Shown here piece by piece: positions 62,910 to 64,000 of a DNA stretch of 64,000 nucleotides; positions within the stretch are counted from its first letter, which is position 1, and each line of letters starts with the position of its first letter. The notes beneath the pieces were generated by a model. That model saw only the letters and a program-made list of their open reading frames with translations. It made no database searches and was not told where the DNA came from. Location: positions 186,001-250,000 of the IMG/VR virus record IMGVR_UViG_3300049793_000366; one strand, written 5' to 3'. Made by a program: the position numbers and the translations under genes.

Positions 62910-63305
62910 ATGGAATTTTTAAAGAAAATAGCGAAATGGTGGAACGAAGACGTTAGAGGAAAAAAATGCACGGATGCTACGAAGTGTACCGAAAGTACAA
63001 CTTGTTGTGCTGAAGTTAAGTTAGAAGCTCCTGTTGCTGAAACTCAAGTTGTTGAAGAAATCAAAACTGGGTTACCTATCGAGAATTATATTCCACAGGT
63101 AGAAGATGAGGCTAAGGAAGTTATCACGATGTCTCCTGTTTCTGTAACTGAAACACCGGCTGCTGAGAATGAATTATCTCCTGCTGAGAAAGTAGAAAAG
63201 AAGAAATCAGCTTCTCCTGCTAAAGCACCAGCTAAAAAGAAGAAGCCTTCTAATAAGAATAAGGCTAAGAAATCCCCTACACCTAAGAAGCCAAAAGCAG
63301 AATAA
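62910..63305 (+). CDS. Hypothetical protein with Lys/Ala/Pro-rich basic tail
   Basis: KKKSASPAKAPAKKKK...KKPKAE; GATATATA upstream. Confidence 0.6.
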   Translation: MEFLKKIAKWWNEDVRGKKCTDATKCTESTTCCAEVKLEAPVAETQVVEEIKTGLPIENYIPQVEDEAKEVITMSPVSVTETPAAENELSPAEKVEKKKSASPAKAPAKKKKPSNKNKAKKSPTPKKPKAE

Positions 63306-64000
63306 TTACTCTGCTTCTGCTTCGGCGGTAGGTTCTGGTACAGGAACTTCCTCAACGGAAGTTTCCATGTCCGGGCTCAATGCTGTTTCTAACGTTGTTA
63401 GTGCGGTATCTAACCAAGTAGATGCTCTACTTCTCCTTCGAGTAGTTCTTGCTGGTCGAGCTTGTTCTTGAGACCTTTCATATTCTATCTCATTAGTTCT
63501 TTGCTCAAGGTAGCTTGTCATTATTGATATGATATCACTACGCTCGTGTATGGTTCTATAATGATTATTTAAGATGTCAATAATCTCACCTTCAGTGATG
63601 ATTTTATTTTCAATCTTTTCCAATTCTTCTTTAACAACCTTATCACGATTTTTGATAGCATCAAGTCTTTGATTTATCAATTCTCGGTCATTGAATTCTT
63701 CGAAGTTTTCATTGAAAATGTAATCATCAAATTCTCTGATGAATTCAGAATCATCACGCAATAAATAACAATCATTTATAGAAGACCAGTATAAATTGCA
63801 CTCTGCTGTATTAAACGGTTCTTCTTTGGATTTATAGTGAAGATTTTTCAGCAAATCTTTATGCTCATAGGCATCTGTTAGACTATCTACACCCAATGAT
63901 CCTGCGTATCGATTAACAGAACCATCACCAGAGATAAGAACTTTAATGTTGTTCTCGTTATCTGGTTTGTAGTTGAATAACTCACCAGTCTCAGTATTTA
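63306..64000 (-). CDS. Hypothetical protein, 5' end outside the window
   Basis: The frame stays open from the listed TTG at 63896 to the window end (NTETGELFNYKPDNENNIKVLISGDGSVNRYAGSL...). Confidence 0.6.
   Translation of the reverse strand, partial: NTETGELFNYKPDNENNIKVLISGDGSVNRYAGSLGVDSLTDAYEHKDLLKNLHYKSKEEPFNTAECNLYWSSINDCYLLRDDSEFIREFDDYIFNENFEEFNDRELINQRLDAIKNRDKVVKEELEKIENKIITEGEIIDILNNHYRTIHERSDIISIMTSYLEQRTNEIEYERSQEQARPARTTRRRSRASTWLDTALTTLETALSPDMETSVEEVPVPEPTAEAEAE

Noticed and set aside
1-64000. Stop-codon reassignment as in some huge phages
   Set aside because: dnaK, rnr, thyA, folD and uvsW are full length in code 11, and TAA, TAG and TGA all terminate genes at coherent boundaries.
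1-64000. tRNA, rRNA, CRISPR array, DGR, integrase or transposase
   Set aside because: No cloverleaf or T-loop pattern in intergenic DNA (GGTTCGA hits are inside CDS), no regularly spaced repeats, and no RT or recombinase motifs recognised. A covariance-model scan was not run.

Overview
AT-rich 64-kb segment of a very large T4-like (contractile-tailed) phage genome, standard genetic code, with a host almost certainly in Bacteroidota. Host evidence: -33/-7 TTTG-N20-TAnnTTTG promoters, a T9SS-type cargo protein, and Bacteroidota-style bS21, ClpP, RNase R and SiaC/DUF1987. About 86 CDS. Morphogenesis: gp13-like neck, gp3-like tube terminator, gp53-like wedge, GH19-fused hub, gp5-like spike with a YkuD-like domain. 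Replication and recombination: gp32-like SSB, UvsW, RNase H, a PD-(D/E)XK nuclease. Host-like genes: dnaK, clpP, thyA, folA, folD, rnr, rpsU, a PLP aminotransferase. The main result is two mutually exclusive short protein tags on otherwise unrelated proteins. (1) An N-terminal K-x-F-x-x-F...(I/L/F)-x-E tag resembling the T4 capsid-targeting sequence, on ~14 proteins that sit behind a TAATATATA late-type promoter. (2) A C-terminal R-[DE]-x-[KN]-[IL]-[ND]-x-[ILV]-[ILF] tag that I do not recognise, on 11 proteins and also inside UvsW, mostly in units driven by host-type promoters that carry a GGAC/GTCC box. Other candidates: a T3-like SAM lyase, an Acb1/57B-like 2H phosphoesterase, a DnaB-like ATPase-SiaC fusion, and miniature capsid-like and tube-like paralogues. 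No tRNA, rRNA, CRISPR array or mobile element was seen. All family calls come from motif recognition by eye; no database search was run.
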